Of a stretch of DNA of 36,992 nt, positions 11,023-22,850 are shown one piece after another. The position numbers were made by a program, and so were the translations under genes. The stretch is from contig NC_068989.1 of the NCBI RefSeq assembly GCF_001194135.2, positions 16,093,831 to 16,130,822 on the forward strand, given 5' to 3'. This DNA is from Octopus bimaculoides. Lineage: Eukaryota. Under the pieces are notes generated by a model that was not told where the DNA came from, made no database searches, and saw only the letters and a list, made by a program, of their open reading frames with translations. The first letter of the stretch is position 1; each line of letters opens with the position of its first letter.

Positions 11023-11204
11023 ACTGTCAATTGTAATGCTTATTTATTCATATTGTTTTGAATTAATCATACCTTATTTCATAGCATCGAGATTTCGGTG
11101 ACATGGTTATGTATTTTTTGAATGACATTGTTGGTGTCAGAGGCTGGATTTTGCCGGTTTGAATATAAAGCAGGTTGAAAATTTGTGCCATGTTAAAAGG
11201 TTAA
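11023..11204 (-). mobile_element. piggyBac-like MITE, one end (TTAA/AAGG terminus)
   Basis: Ends in aaaggttaa (11196-11204); body recalled as an abundant octopus 'ttaaccctt…' MITE; the other end is replaced by the adjacent SINE. Confidence 0.45.
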
Positions 11205-11353
11205 TCATTTGTTATTTAGTGTCAATATTTTCGCCATACCTACTGCGGCCTGGTCAGTGACGTAGTAGTGGAATATTTAGTGGACCACAGTGGAAAATAA
11301 CGACAAGTCAAGTTCCTGTCTTGGTGTGTTTTTGAATGGCTAGGATGTATCTT

Positions 11354-11397
11354 TCGTACTGTAATTATCGTACTGTAATTATCGTACTGTAATTATC
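11354..11397. repeat. 14-bp tandem repeat x3 (TCGTACTGTAATTA)
   Basis: Three perfect copies seen. Confidence 0.95.
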
Positions 11398-11429
11398 ATA
11401 TTTCTGAGTCTTATAAAATATTGTTTCCA

Positions 11430-11672
11430 AATCTCCCTCTCTCCTTCTCTCTCCCTCTTTCTCTCCATTTTTATGTATCTGTCTTTCTTTTTGATTGTCT
11501 CACTCATTCTATCTCTCTAATTCTGTCTCTGTCTCTGTCTGTCAGTCTCTTTCTTTCTCTTTCTCTCTCTTTCTCTCTCCCTCTCTCCATCTTTTTGTGT
11601 GTCTTCCTTTCTATTTGATTGACTTTCTCATTCTATTTCTGTCTGTCTGTCTCTCTCTTTCTCTCTCTCCTC
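11430..11672. repeat. CT-rich low-complexity tract
   Basis: Seen directly. Confidence 0.9.
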
Positions 11673-12293
11673 AATCATCAGTCACAGCTGATATCTATTT
11701 GTATGCAGAAATGGTTCCAAACGCTAAAATACTTTAAGCTGTTTATCGGATCAAACAGCTGAAAATTGTTAATTAGAGTGGTGAGTGATTTCACCACTAT
11801 TAAGTCATGGCTATGATTAAATCAAGACCTCCAAGATGAATCACCGATTTCTTTAAAATCCTCTGTTTTATGAATAATAAAAATAATTCGTGTTTCTTTT
11901 GATATTTTAATTTTAATACGATTTTCATTCTATTCTTGAACGCATGAGTCCCCATTCCCCGCCAAAGTGAAAATAGCTAATGAAAGTGATTTTCTGTAAT
12001 AATAATTTTACGAAAACCAAATGATGTAATCCTGATTTCTTTCCAACCAATCACTTTCTGAATAATTAAATATTTCTCATATACTTCCATATTTTAATGT
12101 TTAGATTGTCTCATATGTTACATAATTGACAATTCTACTTTCACCATTATCCCGACAAAAAATCACTGCCGCTCTGTCTTCGATTCTAAATATTCTTCAG
12201 CGTTTTTTATATTTAATCGGCAGATTAAAATGCAGTAACTCGTAATCCTGAACATTTTTCATCTTCATTGAATATCTGTTATTTTACTTTCAG

Positions 12294-12341
12294 TTCTGAG
12301 ATTTGTTTCCGTTATACTGAGTACATTGGTACACCAACTAC
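12294..12341 (+). CDS. Candidate 48-nt exon (xLRFVSVILSTLVHQL or SEICFRYTEYIGTPT)
   Basis: Strong acceptor ctgttattttactttcag; the donor AC|gtatgt coincides with the start of a (GTAT)n microsatellite, so it may be chance. Confidence 0.2.
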
Positions 12342-12374
12342 GTATGTATGTGTGTATGTATGTATGTATGTATG

Positions 12375-12408
<34 letters not shown>

Positions 12409-12489
12409 TGTCTGCATGTATCTGTCAGTCTATCTATCTATCTATCTATCTATTATCTATCTATCCATGTCTATCTCTATAATACACAT

Positions 12490-12556
<67 letters not shown>
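12342..12556. repeat. Compound (GTAT)n/(TCTA)n/(CA)n microsatellite
   Basis: Seen directly. Confidence 0.95.
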
Positions 12557-13299
12557 AATCTATGTACAGGCATGTGTGTATTAGTAAATATATACTCTTC
12601 TATTTCCTTGTTCTTTACATTTGTACAACAAAGAAAAAAAAACTCAAAAACTCTTCTGAATTCAAGAAACAAAAGTTCCTAACTAGATTAGTATTGCTGT
12701 TTAGCAGTATGCCATGTGATGCGTAGACAGCCATTGAGACAACTTTAAATTTTCAGCATCTCTACCATTTTTTTCTTTATGGCATAATGTATCCAAGACA
12801 GCATTATACAATGTGCACTTACATTTTTAGGCAGATAGTGTTCCAGTTTGAAGGAAAATTAAATACTAATTCTATCAGATGGTGCACCTGTGTAGTGGTA
12901 TCCGTACTGGCTCGTGACGATATTGTTAGTATTTATCTCCAAAGTCAGTTCTTATTAATTGTGTTACATCTAATGTAACGCCTCTGTTTTTTTTTCTTAA
13001 AGAAACATGAATACTCTAACAGGCTGTGCAATAAATGTAGAGAATTCGAGATTGGATCGTTACTAAACATATAAAGTCACGACTGATTATTATTGATGAT
13101 TTGCAGTTTTCCTTTTTTTTAATTTGATCTGCTTTTAAGAATGGTATTACATTTACATATGTGTGTATAATATACTGTTGAAATGAAAAGCGAAAAGCAG
13201 CAGTCAAGAATCTCCCAGGAAAATGTAAAATATGTCAACCGATAAACTATCTTCTGGCTTTTAAATATACTTTCAGAACATAGAAAATTATCTAGATCC

Positions 13300-13830
13300 A
13301 TGATGCAATGTTCTTTATCTTGTATTCGTTTTAACTGATAATTGATGACATGATTGCTGGTAACCTGAGTAAAAATCGAGCCATTCTATCTTTGGAAATG
13401 ATAGCTTGGCCTGCACATTCCTTGTCCACGATAAACAACACCACGAAACTTTCCCTCTTTTTGAATAGACGATAGCCATTACCCACTTATTTTCGTTTTT
13501 GGTAGAGGTGGTTTACATAATTGTTGATGTGAAAATTATTTGTGCTGGTGAGTATCTTTTGGATTTTTCATATCAATAGTTCGGATCTCTCCAAGCATCC
13601 AATCAAGTAGCCCAAATGTTCGTATGAGTACTGATGCTGCTAACGCAATGTGAGTTACTGTTTAATTGTGTACGGAGAGTTATGCGGTTTATATTTTTAA
13701 TATCCGGCTGTTATATTTCTTGGTGACACGTTCTTTGTTTCAGATACCACTGTAAGATAAATTTTTATTTATATCTAGGTACTTGTAGCATTCTTCATTA
13801 GATTTCGACGAAAGAGCCAAGTCATTGATG
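13300..13830 (-). pseudogene. R4/Dong-clade (RLE-type) non-LTR retrotransposon RT thumb fragment
   Basis: With stops and frameshifts: EECYKYLDINKNLSYSGI*NKERVTKKYNSRILKI / TVTHIALAASVLIRTFGLLDWMLGEIRTIDMK / KILTSTNNFHINNYVNHLYQKRK*VGNG, matching the R4 YKYLG…DVDRLY..R..GGRGL region. Confidence 0.8.
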
Positions 13831-14280
13831 GCGATGCTGCTAGTCTAGTCTAAAGTTTTCTCTTCACTTCACAATCATACAGGAACATTTATCATAACTA
13901 AACCTCAAACTTGTATTTAAGCATTCCTTGTATATAAATTCACAATGATGGCCCTGGATGAAGTCAGGTCTGTTGTGGTAAAATTTCTTCGGACATAGGT
14001 TTTTAAAGCAGTGAGTTGAAAAGCTGCAAGGATGGAGTAAAATTCTGTGTATGTATGCAGGATGTTGTGTATGGACACCTTCGGTCTAGAAATTTTGCTG
14101 TAAAGATTGTTGTTGGAGAGAGTGTTTGGTGTGTAGGTGGAACATTTGCGACGATTAAGGTGGTTGGTCATATTGGCAGTAGTATTGTCTGAAGTGTCAG
14201 AGTTGTAAATCCATTTGAACTAATAGGCCGTACGGCTGAAACTTGCTTTGATATGAAGTTATAATCTGTGTCGAATTTTT

Positions 14281-14285
14281 GTATG

Positions 14286-14352
<67 letters not shown>
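14281..14352. repeat. (TA)n(TG)n microsatellite
   Basis: Seen directly. Confidence 0.95.
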
Positions 14353-14354
<2 letters not shown>

Positions 14355-14364
14355 CTTATTGCGA

Positions 14365-14540
14365 TAGAAGAGTGCAACGTGTGCAGACCTAACCAGATGA
14401 AAGTGCATAGTTTTGCAGATCTGAAACGGGATTGAATAGTCATCTAAAGGAGTCATGAACGGAAAACGAGAAATACCACTGACAACGGGGAAGCTCAAAG
14501 GGACGGCAATCATCTGTAAAGTTGGAGCAATCACAATGTG
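14365..14540 (+). mobile_element. RTE LINE extreme 3' end (C2H2-like remnant plus 3' UTR)
   Basis: CNVC…CRSETGLNSHLK, similar to RTE 'C..C.R.C.S..GL.SH.R'; followed by a UTR ending in a microsatellite tail. Confidence 0.55.
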
Positions 14541-14624
14541 TATATGTATGTCTCTTCTATTTTTTAATTATTATAAATCTTCCACTGAAGAGGGAGCCGG
14601 TTTCCAACAAAAGTACAAGGCGCC

Positions 14625-14692
14625 ATGTATGTATGTATGTATGTATGTATGTATGTATGTATGTATTTATGTATGTATTTATGTATGTATAT
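14625..14692. repeat. (ATGT)n microsatellite
   Basis: Seen directly. Confidence 0.95.
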
Positions 14693-15687
14693 AAGTGCTG
14701 CGTTAGACAGGAAAAAGAACAGAATAGGCTCACAACGGCCATCGAACTACGTATCGATCCTTTGCCGACCGACCATACATGGTTTAAATATTTCCTACAT
14801 CTTACTCATATTTATTATTTTTCATATTTTCTTATTATTTTTGTTTTCCTTGTTTTTTGTTTTTATCTATATAATAATTTATTGTTATCATTTTGCGTTT
14901 AACTCGGGCTTATAATTGAAAGTGATTATGACACATTCATATCTAGGCTGAAAAAACAAGGTTCAGAAATATTACAAACAATACGTACATCCAGCTTGTC
15001 AACATTTCAAAATGTCGGACGTCTCATGAGAAGAAATCTCATGTTAATATATTAGGCTTTATTTTTATTTTGCATTTTTTCCTTTTATCGAAATATAGAG
15101 TCCACGAATTTTTAGCTTTCAATAACCAAAGGAAAAATAGTTTCAATAATATTAGTTTATATCTTCAATTTATTTTATATTTCATAGCAACCATCATAAA
15201 TTATAGTCAATTAATTGCCATACATATTTGTGTCTCTCACTCTCTCTCTACACACACATATATGTGTATATATATATTCATACATACATATATGTATATA
15301 TATATATACATGCATAGATGTGTGTGTGTATGTGTTTGTGCGTGTGAGTGTAACACCCTAACCACTAGGCCATGCGTCTTCTCACACACACACACACACA
15401 ACACACACACACGCACACACAGCAACACTCAGCAACACTGAGTCTTTCATATATATTTTAGTATTTTTATACGTAGATTTGCAAGTTATTCATAAGAAAT
15501 AAACAAAGGGGATCGAAGAACCCGATTTCTATTAAAACCATAGTGGGGAACAACTTCACCACGACGACTACCACCACCACTACTACTACTACTATTGTTA
15601 TTATCATGACTGCTGCTAGTTATTCGACAGCTACAACCACTCCTAGAATTCTTGACAACTATTTAATTTACTAAAACAGATAGATTA

Positions 15688-15823
15688 GTTGTTGGCACTC
15701 CGTCGCTTACGACGTCGAGGGTTCCAGTTGATCCGATCAACGGAACAGCCTGCTCGTGAAATTAACGTGCAAGTGGCTGAGCATTCCACAAGACACGTGT
15801 ACCCTTAACGTAGTTCTTGGGGA
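15688..15823 (-). mobile_element. SINE family C 3' end (rest in gap)
   Basis: Near-perfect reverse complement of 36300-36420. Confidence 0.9.
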
Positions 15824-17384
15824 NNNNNNNNNNNNNNNNNNNNNNNNNNNNNNNNNNNNNNNNNNNNNNNNNNNNNNNNNNNNNNNNNNNNNNNNNNNNN
15901 NNNNNNNNNNNNNNNNNNNNNNNNNNNNNNNNNNNNNNNNNNNNNNNNNNNNNNNNNNNNNNNNNNNNNNNNNNNNNNNNNNNNNNNNNNNNNNNNNNNN
16001 NNNNNNNNNNNNNNNNNNNNNNNNNNNNNNNNNNNNNNNNNNNNNNNNNNNNNNNNNNNNNNNNNNNNNNNNNNNNNNNNNNNNNNNNNNNNNNNNNNNN
16101 NNNNNNNNNNNNNNNNNNNNNNNNNNNNNNNNNNNNNNNNNNNNNNNNNNNNNNNNNNNNNNNNNNNNNNNNNNNNNNNNNNNNNNNNNNNNNNNNNNNN
16201 NNNNNNNNNNNNNNNNNNNNNNNNNNNNNNNNNNNNNNNNNNNNNNNNNNNNNNNNNNNNNNNNNNNNNNNNNNNNNNNNNNNNNNNNNNNNNNNNNNNN
16301 NNNNNNNNNNNNNNNNNNNNNNNNNNNNNNNNNNNNNNNNNNNNNNNNNNNNNNNNNNNNNNNNNNNNNNNNNNNNNNNNNNNNNNNNNNNNNNNNNNNN
16401 NNNNNNNNNNNNNNNNNNNNNNNNNNNNNNNNNNNNNNNNNNNNNNNNNNNNNNNNNNNNNNNNNNNNNNNNNNNNNNNNNNNNNNNNNNNNNNNNNNNN
16501 NNNNNNNNNNNNNNNNNNNNNNNNNNNNNNNNNNNNNNNNNNNNNNNNNNNNNNNNNNNNNNNNATATATATTGAAGAAGATAAATATGTTCTTTTGAAT
16601 TTATACGTTTTTGTGTCGTAACTCCTTTATTATTATTAATATATATATATATATTTGTGTGTGTGTTTGTGTGTGTGTATCACTCATCCGCCTAGAAGTC
16701 TAAAAGGACGCTTTCATCAGTCGGATTCAAATCAATTTCAGTATTAAAAAAAAAATCTGAATTAATTGATTTTATTGGAACTATGCTCCTTGTTTGTTTT
16801 TAAATTTCAAGGATACTCTATAGGGCGATTTTGTCTCGCAATTTCATGGTTAATTTTTGTATATACGCACTGATATACATAGGTTTCTTTTCATGCAATA
16901 TATGCGTCGATGTATGTGCGTATATTTTCAGTTAAATACAAGTATCATCGTACAACACACAGACAGATACATACACCCACAGACATACACCGCATAGGCA
17001 ACAAGATGCGAGCACACGCACGCTTTCATGCATGCAAGCATGAATCAGATACGCATCTGAGCCGTCTTTCGACTTGTTGGAATTAGCTGCCAAATCTTCC
17101 TCATAAAGACGGATTATCAGACTAAAATATCAAAGATCATGGATCTGCTGAGGTATCGGTACTAATCTGTAGAGAAATCATTACAAACCCGATAACGACA
17201 CACATAAGCGTACATTTAGCTATGTCTTAATTGAGATAATTTCTGCAGCTAATTTTCTGCTACTTATCATGTAAGATTAGAATTTCTCTCTATTTAAGAT
17301 CAATGTAATTTTGTAAGTTTATTGCTTTTCTCTAAGTCTTCCTTCATCTGTTATTCACACATATAAAGAATAAAGCAGAACAAT

Positions 17385-17565
17385 TCTCAATGCGATTGCT
17401 CGATCTGTCATAATTAACAGCCAAGTAACCTTAAAATCACACGTAACTGTCTTTAAGCAAGACAGAAACAATAATATGATCCTAAACACGCTATGTCTAC
17501 AAAAGCCAAGACGAAATTGTCACATCTGAAGTACCTTTGATCATATACGTGTATAACCAGGAAAT
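17385..17565 (+). mobile_element. Family D repeat copy
   Basis: gctcgatctgtcataattaacagccaag…aaatcacac…gtctt…acctttgatcata. Confidence 0.55.
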
Positions 17566-18139
17566 TCTTATACGTGTTTTATTTGCTTGTTGTTCAGATT
17601 TTAAATCAACCAGCTAGATCTTAGCTATAAGTAGCTTCGATAATTTCCCCAGCTTATTTTCTTACATTGATCGCACAAATCAGATTTGCTTTCAGTCTTT
17701 TCCTCATATCTCTATTTTCGATGACTTTCTTTATAAGATGACTAGGTTTTTCTCAAAGTCTGTATTTATAAGCCATTCAGTTATATAAAGCATTAAACCA
17801 AAGTAGGCATCTCTGTGTTTTTATAATTTTTATGCGTGCACAAATAGCCACGGATTATCATTTACATGTATTTCACCAATGCAACGTTTCTCGCTTCTTT
17901 GTATCTTTCTCAATCCATAACACACATGGCAGCTAATTCATATACTGTCTCTTTCCCCATTCTGTGTCTGTCTGTCTATATCTCCGTCTGTCTGTCTCTC
18001 TTCTTCTTTGCCATCTCTCTCTCATGCTCTCTGTTTCTCTCTACCTTTCGATATACAGATGGATATTTAAGTAATCGATATCATTCTTCGAAAGAATTGA
18101 TTCATTTGGTAACACGAGTCATGGATAGTTGAAAACAAA

Positions 18140-18355
18140 GGAGCCTCTACGCACTCGCTTGATATTCCAAAAGATCAGCAAATTTCTGTTTATCGAATCC
18201 TTGCCTGTTCTAAAAACGGGAACATGCATTTAATAGTGTAACCCTTGGTATATAGTACTTAACAAAAGTAAAAGAGAGAAAGTGACGGTGAAGGTCACAT
18301 TCGGAACTCATTCGAAAATAAGTCTGCTCGATCAAGGTTGATCTGGAGATAAATA
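18140..18355 (+). mobile_element. Family D repeat copy (degraded)
   Basis: ggagcctctacgcactcgc…taagtctgctcgatcaaggttgatctggag. Confidence 0.55.
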
Positions 18356-18387
18356 AGAATAACTATTAAAATGACACGCGCACAATA

Positions 18388-18626
18388 CTACTTATTTCTT
18401 CACTGCCCACAAGGGGCTACACACAGAGGGGACAAACAAGGACAGACAAACGGATTAAGTCGATTATATCGACCCCAGTGCATAACTGGTACTTATTTAA
18501 ACGACCCCGAAAGGATGAAAGGCAAAGTCGACCCGCGGCGGAATTTGAACTCAGAACGTAGCGACAGACGAAGTACCGCTAAGCATTTCGCCCGGTGTGC
18601 TAACGATTCTGCCAGCTCGCCACCTT
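18388..18626 (-). mobile_element. SINE family B, tail type 2
   Basis: Reverse complement of the 8674 head and core; different tail (ccgtttgtctgtccttgtttgtcccctctgtg…ccccttgtggg). Confidence 0.9.
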
Positions 18627-18884
18627 ATACAATACTACTACCAATCAAATCACATTCCAACGTCTTCGATAAAAAAAAAAAATGATTCATTGAAAATAGT
18701 CTTAATGAAAATACTACGCATGACTAAAAGTAATTATGACCTTACGAAATGGCTAGAACACACTGAAACGGTAGGGGAATTCAAAGAGAAAAGGAAGAAC
18801 CATAGAACAAACAAATAGAAAGAAATCATAGGTTTGCTGGCCCAGAACTTATCCATAACTAAACGGTAAATGATAATAGCATCA

Positions 18885-19110
18885 ACAAGCTAGAAACCGG
18901 TACGGTCATTCGATTTGCTAGAAATAACGGGAAAATTCTCCAAATCACTATATAAAACTGACTTCAAAATGGAAGGGCAGATTTCATAATATTGACCTCG
19001 ATACATTATGCCCAAAATAAAAACGAACGCTCAAGCATGCATTTGCTCGCAGGCTTCCTATATCAGCCAGATGAGGATAAATAACGACAGAACAACCACC
19101 TGAACGAAAA
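18885..19110 (+). mobile_element. Family D repeat copy (degraded)
   Basis: cattcgatttgctagaaataacgg…ccaaatcact… ending in an aacaacc tail. Confidence 0.5.
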
Positions 19111-19119
19111 TAACAACGT

Positions 19120-19235
19120 CACGTGTGAAGGCAAAATCAACTTCGGTGGAATTTGAATTCAGAATATGAAGACGGAAGCAATGGCGCTATGCATTTGTCC
19201 GTTGTGCCAACGATTTTGCAAGCTCACTGCCTTCA
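19120..19235 (-). mobile_element. SINE B head fragment (old)
   Basis: gaaggcaaaatcaacttcggtggaatttgaattcagaa…gcaagctcactgcctt. Confidence 0.7.
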
Positions 19236-19282
19236 TAATGAAGGCAGTGAGCTTGCTATATGCGCAAGATCTGAAATGTAGA

Positions 19283-19650
19283 AGGAGAGGGAGCAAGTCG
19301 ATTACATCGACCCCATGTTTGACCGGTATTTATTTCATTAAACCCCAAAAGGATGAAAAACAAAATCGACCTCGGTGAAGTTTTGAACTCAGAACGTAAT
19401 GATGGACGCAATACCTATTTCGTTATTGCCCACAAGGGGCTAAACATAGAGGGAACAAACAAGAACAGACGAACGGATTAAGTCGATTACATCGACCCCA
19501 GTGCGTAACTGGTACTTAATTTATCGACCCCGAAAGGATGAAAGGCAAAGTCGACCTCGGCGGAATTTGAACTCAGAACGTAACGGCAGACGCAATACCG
19601 CTAAGCATTTTTGTCAGGCGTGCAAACGATTCTGCCCGCTCGCGGTCTAT
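19283..19650 (-). mobile_element. SINE B dimer/chimera: full tail-type-2 copy (19412-19650) abutting a headless copy (19283-19411)
   Basis: Both parts contain gtcgattacatcgacccc…gaactcagaacgtaa..gacgcaatacc; the junction falls at 'aatacc'. Confidence 0.85.
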
Positions 19651-19779
19651 GTAGCAATGATAATAATAAAAAACAACTAAAGAAATCCTAAGTTTTGATA
19701 GTAACAAGTTAGCACATGATTCTCTAGATTATTTGTCTGACTAATTTCAATAATTTATCGCTGTCTTCTTGTCTAATTA

Positions 19780-20080
19780 GTAACTATCAAAATATAAAAA
19801 GAAATTTTAAAAAATTATTTGGGGGAAAACAACGAAAACAAAGAATTTCGAAATAGTCATCATAATCAGCACCGTCATTATTGTCATCATTATCGACTTC
19901 ATCGACATCGTCGTCATCATGTTCATAGCCATCCTCCCCTTTCTCTTCTACCCCTTTCTTCTCCTCCTCCTTTCTCCTACTCCTTCCCTTACTCATCTTC
20001 CTCCGCCTTCTCATAATTAGCATGATCGTCACTATCGCTATCATAGTCATCATCATTATCATCTCACAGCAACCACTATC
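19780..20080. repeat. Decayed (ATC)n/(TCC)n trinucleotide low-complexity tract
   Basis: Seen directly; explains the two spurious ORFs here. Confidence 0.85.
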
Positions 20081-20383
20081 ATGAGAATCAGTACATAGAC
20101 TGCAGAAATGCTAGAAATAGCAATAAATCTTAAAATCACACACTACTGAGCAAAGAAAAACATGCGATGATATAATACTAAATATACCTGAAATCGAAGA
20201 AATGGACATAGCCGGAATATCTCAGGGGAAAACAGCAATAACAACATCATCGTTCCCGTCTTGATTTTTTTAAGCTGCAAAACACCAGGGGACCCCTTTT
20301 CTATTTGCTATCTTTCATATTAGGTCCCGTCTGTCAAGAAGGTTGGCTGTCTTCACAGAGACAGCGCATAGGAAATATCTAAA

Positions 20384-20686
20384 GACCATGCTTTGTTGAT
20401 AAATACTAATATGGCAGGAAGAATTAGCAACACTACCGATAGCGACAAATGCAGAATGTGTGATAAGAGAGGTGAAACGTTGTGACACATCGTTAGCGAA
20501 TGCCCGAAATTGGCACAAAGCGAATACAAACGATGCCATAATAACGAGGCAAGATTGATCCATTGGGAGCTCTGAGGAAATCACGGCCTGCAAAGAGCAA
20601 AGACGTGGTTTGAGCAAACTCAAGAAGGAGTCACTGAAAATGAGAACTGCAAAATCCTGTGGGATATAATGTTCCAGATTGAAATA
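20384..20686 (+). pseudogene. R4/Dong-clade LINE C-terminal region: CCHC zinc knuckle and start of the RLE domain
   Basis: One frame, 2 stops: SDKCRMCDKRGETL*HIVSECPKLAQSEYKRCHNNEARLIHWEL*GNHGLQRAKTWFEQTQEGVTENENCKILWDIMFQ. Confidence 0.9.
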
Positions 20687-20846
20687 GGCGCAGCATGGCT
20701 GTATGGTAAGAAGCTTGCTTCCCAACCACATGGTTTCGGGTTCAGTTTCACTGCTTGTCACCTTGGGCAAGTGTCTTCTACTATAACCTCGGGCCTACCA
20801 AAGCCTTGTGAGTGGATTTGGTAGACGGAAACTGAAAGAAACCCGT

Positions 20847-20907
<61 letters not shown>

Positions 20908-21110
20908 GTGTGTCTGTACCATCGCTTGACAACTATCGCTTGATAACCGACGTTGGTGTGTTTATGTTCCCGTAACTTAGCGGTTCGGCAAATAAGACCG
21001 ATAAAATAAGTACTAGGCTTACAAAGAATGAGTCCCTGGGTCGATTTCTTCGACTAAAGGCGATGCTCCAGCATGGCCGCAGTAATGACTAAATGACAAA
21101 ATGACAGAAT
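20686..21110 (+). mobile_element. SINE family A, full length, inserted in the R4/Dong LINE
   Basis: Head aggcgcagcatggctgtatggtaagaagc; internal (TA)n of about 54 bp; 3' body as at 4880-5040. Confidence 0.92.
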
Positions 21111-21290
21111 GCCCGGTAAAGCTCCTACAGAAAGTTTGTCTCTTAGGGACAGCAAGGATTATCAGGAGGGTTCTAAGCACTTGAAAGGCTGCCGAAAACA
21201 TGTGGTTACCTAAAGTTACAGGTAGTAGCGAGTTACTACCTGTAACTTACCAGTAATAAGATCAAACTTGAGCTTTGTTTCTATAATAAT
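21110..21290 (+). mobile_element. R4/Dong LINE ORF end, 3' UTR and (TAA)-like tail
   Basis: CPVKLLQKVCLLGTARIIRRVLST* (stop at 21182-21184) matches the R4 C-terminal LQK..LLGTA.I.R.VL motif; the UTR has a 15-bp hairpin and ends in ataataat. Confidence 0.85.
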
Positions 21291-21356
21291 TTTCGTTTTC
21301 ATGGTTATTTCTTTTTCTGTATCGTTATCATCATTGTGGTTGTCATCATTATCATG

Positions 21357-21387
<31 letters not shown>

Positions 21388-21689
21388 TCATCATTTTATA
21401 TTCATAATTCTAAAAATGGTTATTGTGGTAACCATGTCAACAGCCAGTAAACGTAACTGGGTTTTCAAAACTAAACACATAAGACTAGAATAGCAACAAT
21501 ACAATCTATCAATAGTAACATTATCATAAAGATAGCAACAGTATAAAATAGAACTAGCAACAAAACAGAAAGAATAAAAGTGCAACGGTGAGGAATGTTG
21601 TGGGGCACCATTCTAAGCCAGTAATCTTTTCTCAGAAAATGAGGACTGTGCAAGAATGGACCGACATGTAATATAGCACTATACGGACG

Positions 21690-21802
21690 TACATACATAC
21701 ATACATACATACATATACACACATACATACACATAACATACATATATACACACATACATACATACATACATACATACATACATACATACATACATACATA
21801 CA
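21690..21802. repeat. (ACAT)n microsatellite
   Basis: Seen directly. Confidence 0.95.
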
Positions 21803-21947
21803 GAAGCGCAAGAATGGCTGTGGCAAGAAGTTTGCTTCCCAGCCACATCGTTCCAGGTTCAGTCCCACTACATGTCACATTGCGCAAGAGTCTTCTATTA
21901 TAGCTGCGAACCAAAGTGGATTTGGTAGAGGGAAACTTAAGCCCATC

Positions 21948-22029
<82 letters not shown>

Positions 22030-22275
22030 GTGCGTATGTGTGTGTGTGTGTGTTTGCGTGCGTATGTTCCCCACCACTGGATGACAATTGGTGTTTGTGT
22101 GTTTACGTCTCCTTAACCTAGTGGTTCGACAAAATAGAACGATAGAATTAGTACTAGGCTTTAAAAAAATAAAAGTACTGGGGTCAATTCATTCGACTAA
22201 AACTTCTTCGAGGCAGTGCCCCAGCATGGCCACAGTAATGACTGAAACAAGTAAAAGATAAAAGATAGAAGATAC
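21803..22275 (+). mobile_element. SINE family A, full length, more diverged, with an internal (TA)n of about 78 bp
   Basis: Collinear with the 20686 copy. Confidence 0.88.
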
Positions 22276-22339
22276 ATACACAGATACATGTATACATGCA
22301 TTTCATACATACATACATACATACATACACGTACACACA

Positions 22340-22502
22340 TTGGAATTACACAGCTTCCGCCTTTCAAACTCCAATCTTAAGACATTGGTTAACTTAATGC
22401 TTCAGTAGTAGGAAATACTTTCCCAATTTACTGGCTAGTTGAATCAAACCCGGAACAGCACAGTTGCAAAGTTACCTTCTTAACGACGCAGCCACACCTG
22501 CA
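22340..22502 (-). mobile_element. Old SINE A 5' half
   Basis: Reverse complement: caggtgtggctgcgtcgttaagaag…gttccgggtttgattc…ttgggaaagtatttcctact. Confidence 0.6.
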
Positions 22503-22672
22503 TCCATCCATTTTAGGATTACAACACCGAAATTATTTTAGAGTAAGGTGAGAATATTCACTTTATATACTGTTATGCTTTCAGGTTCTTAGCTATAGAA
22601 TGATCAGTTTATTCTTAGTCTTCATTTTTTTCTTTTCCCTTTTTGCTTTTGCTACAAGCATCGAAATTTTCT

Positions 22673-22850
22673 TGTTTCTCAGAGGACTAATCAACGCGAT
22701 ACATAGAAGTCTTTGAGATTCACAGATGACTGAATTAAGACAATATATAAAAGCCTTAAAGGATTCACAGAAGATTAAATCAAGATAAACGTTAAGAACT
22801 TCGAGATTTATAGATGGACGAATCAAGACAATACTCAATGAACAGCTACT
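22673..22850. repeat. Degenerate minisatellite, about 43-45 bp x4
   Basis: Units begin near 22673, 22715, 22760 and 22803 (gagattcacagatgactgaattaagacaat-like). Confidence 0.6.

Noticed and set aside
11354-11397. 14-bp x3 and other short direct repeats as CRISPR-like arrays
   Set aside because: No spacers; eukaryotic slippage repeats.
11710-11781. Exon-like segment with AG and gtgagt borders
   Set aside because: Stops in all three frames.
13917-14260. Possible RTEX/I-group LINE 3' fragment on the minus strand
   Set aside because: Similarity needs several frameshifts; too weak to call without a profile search.
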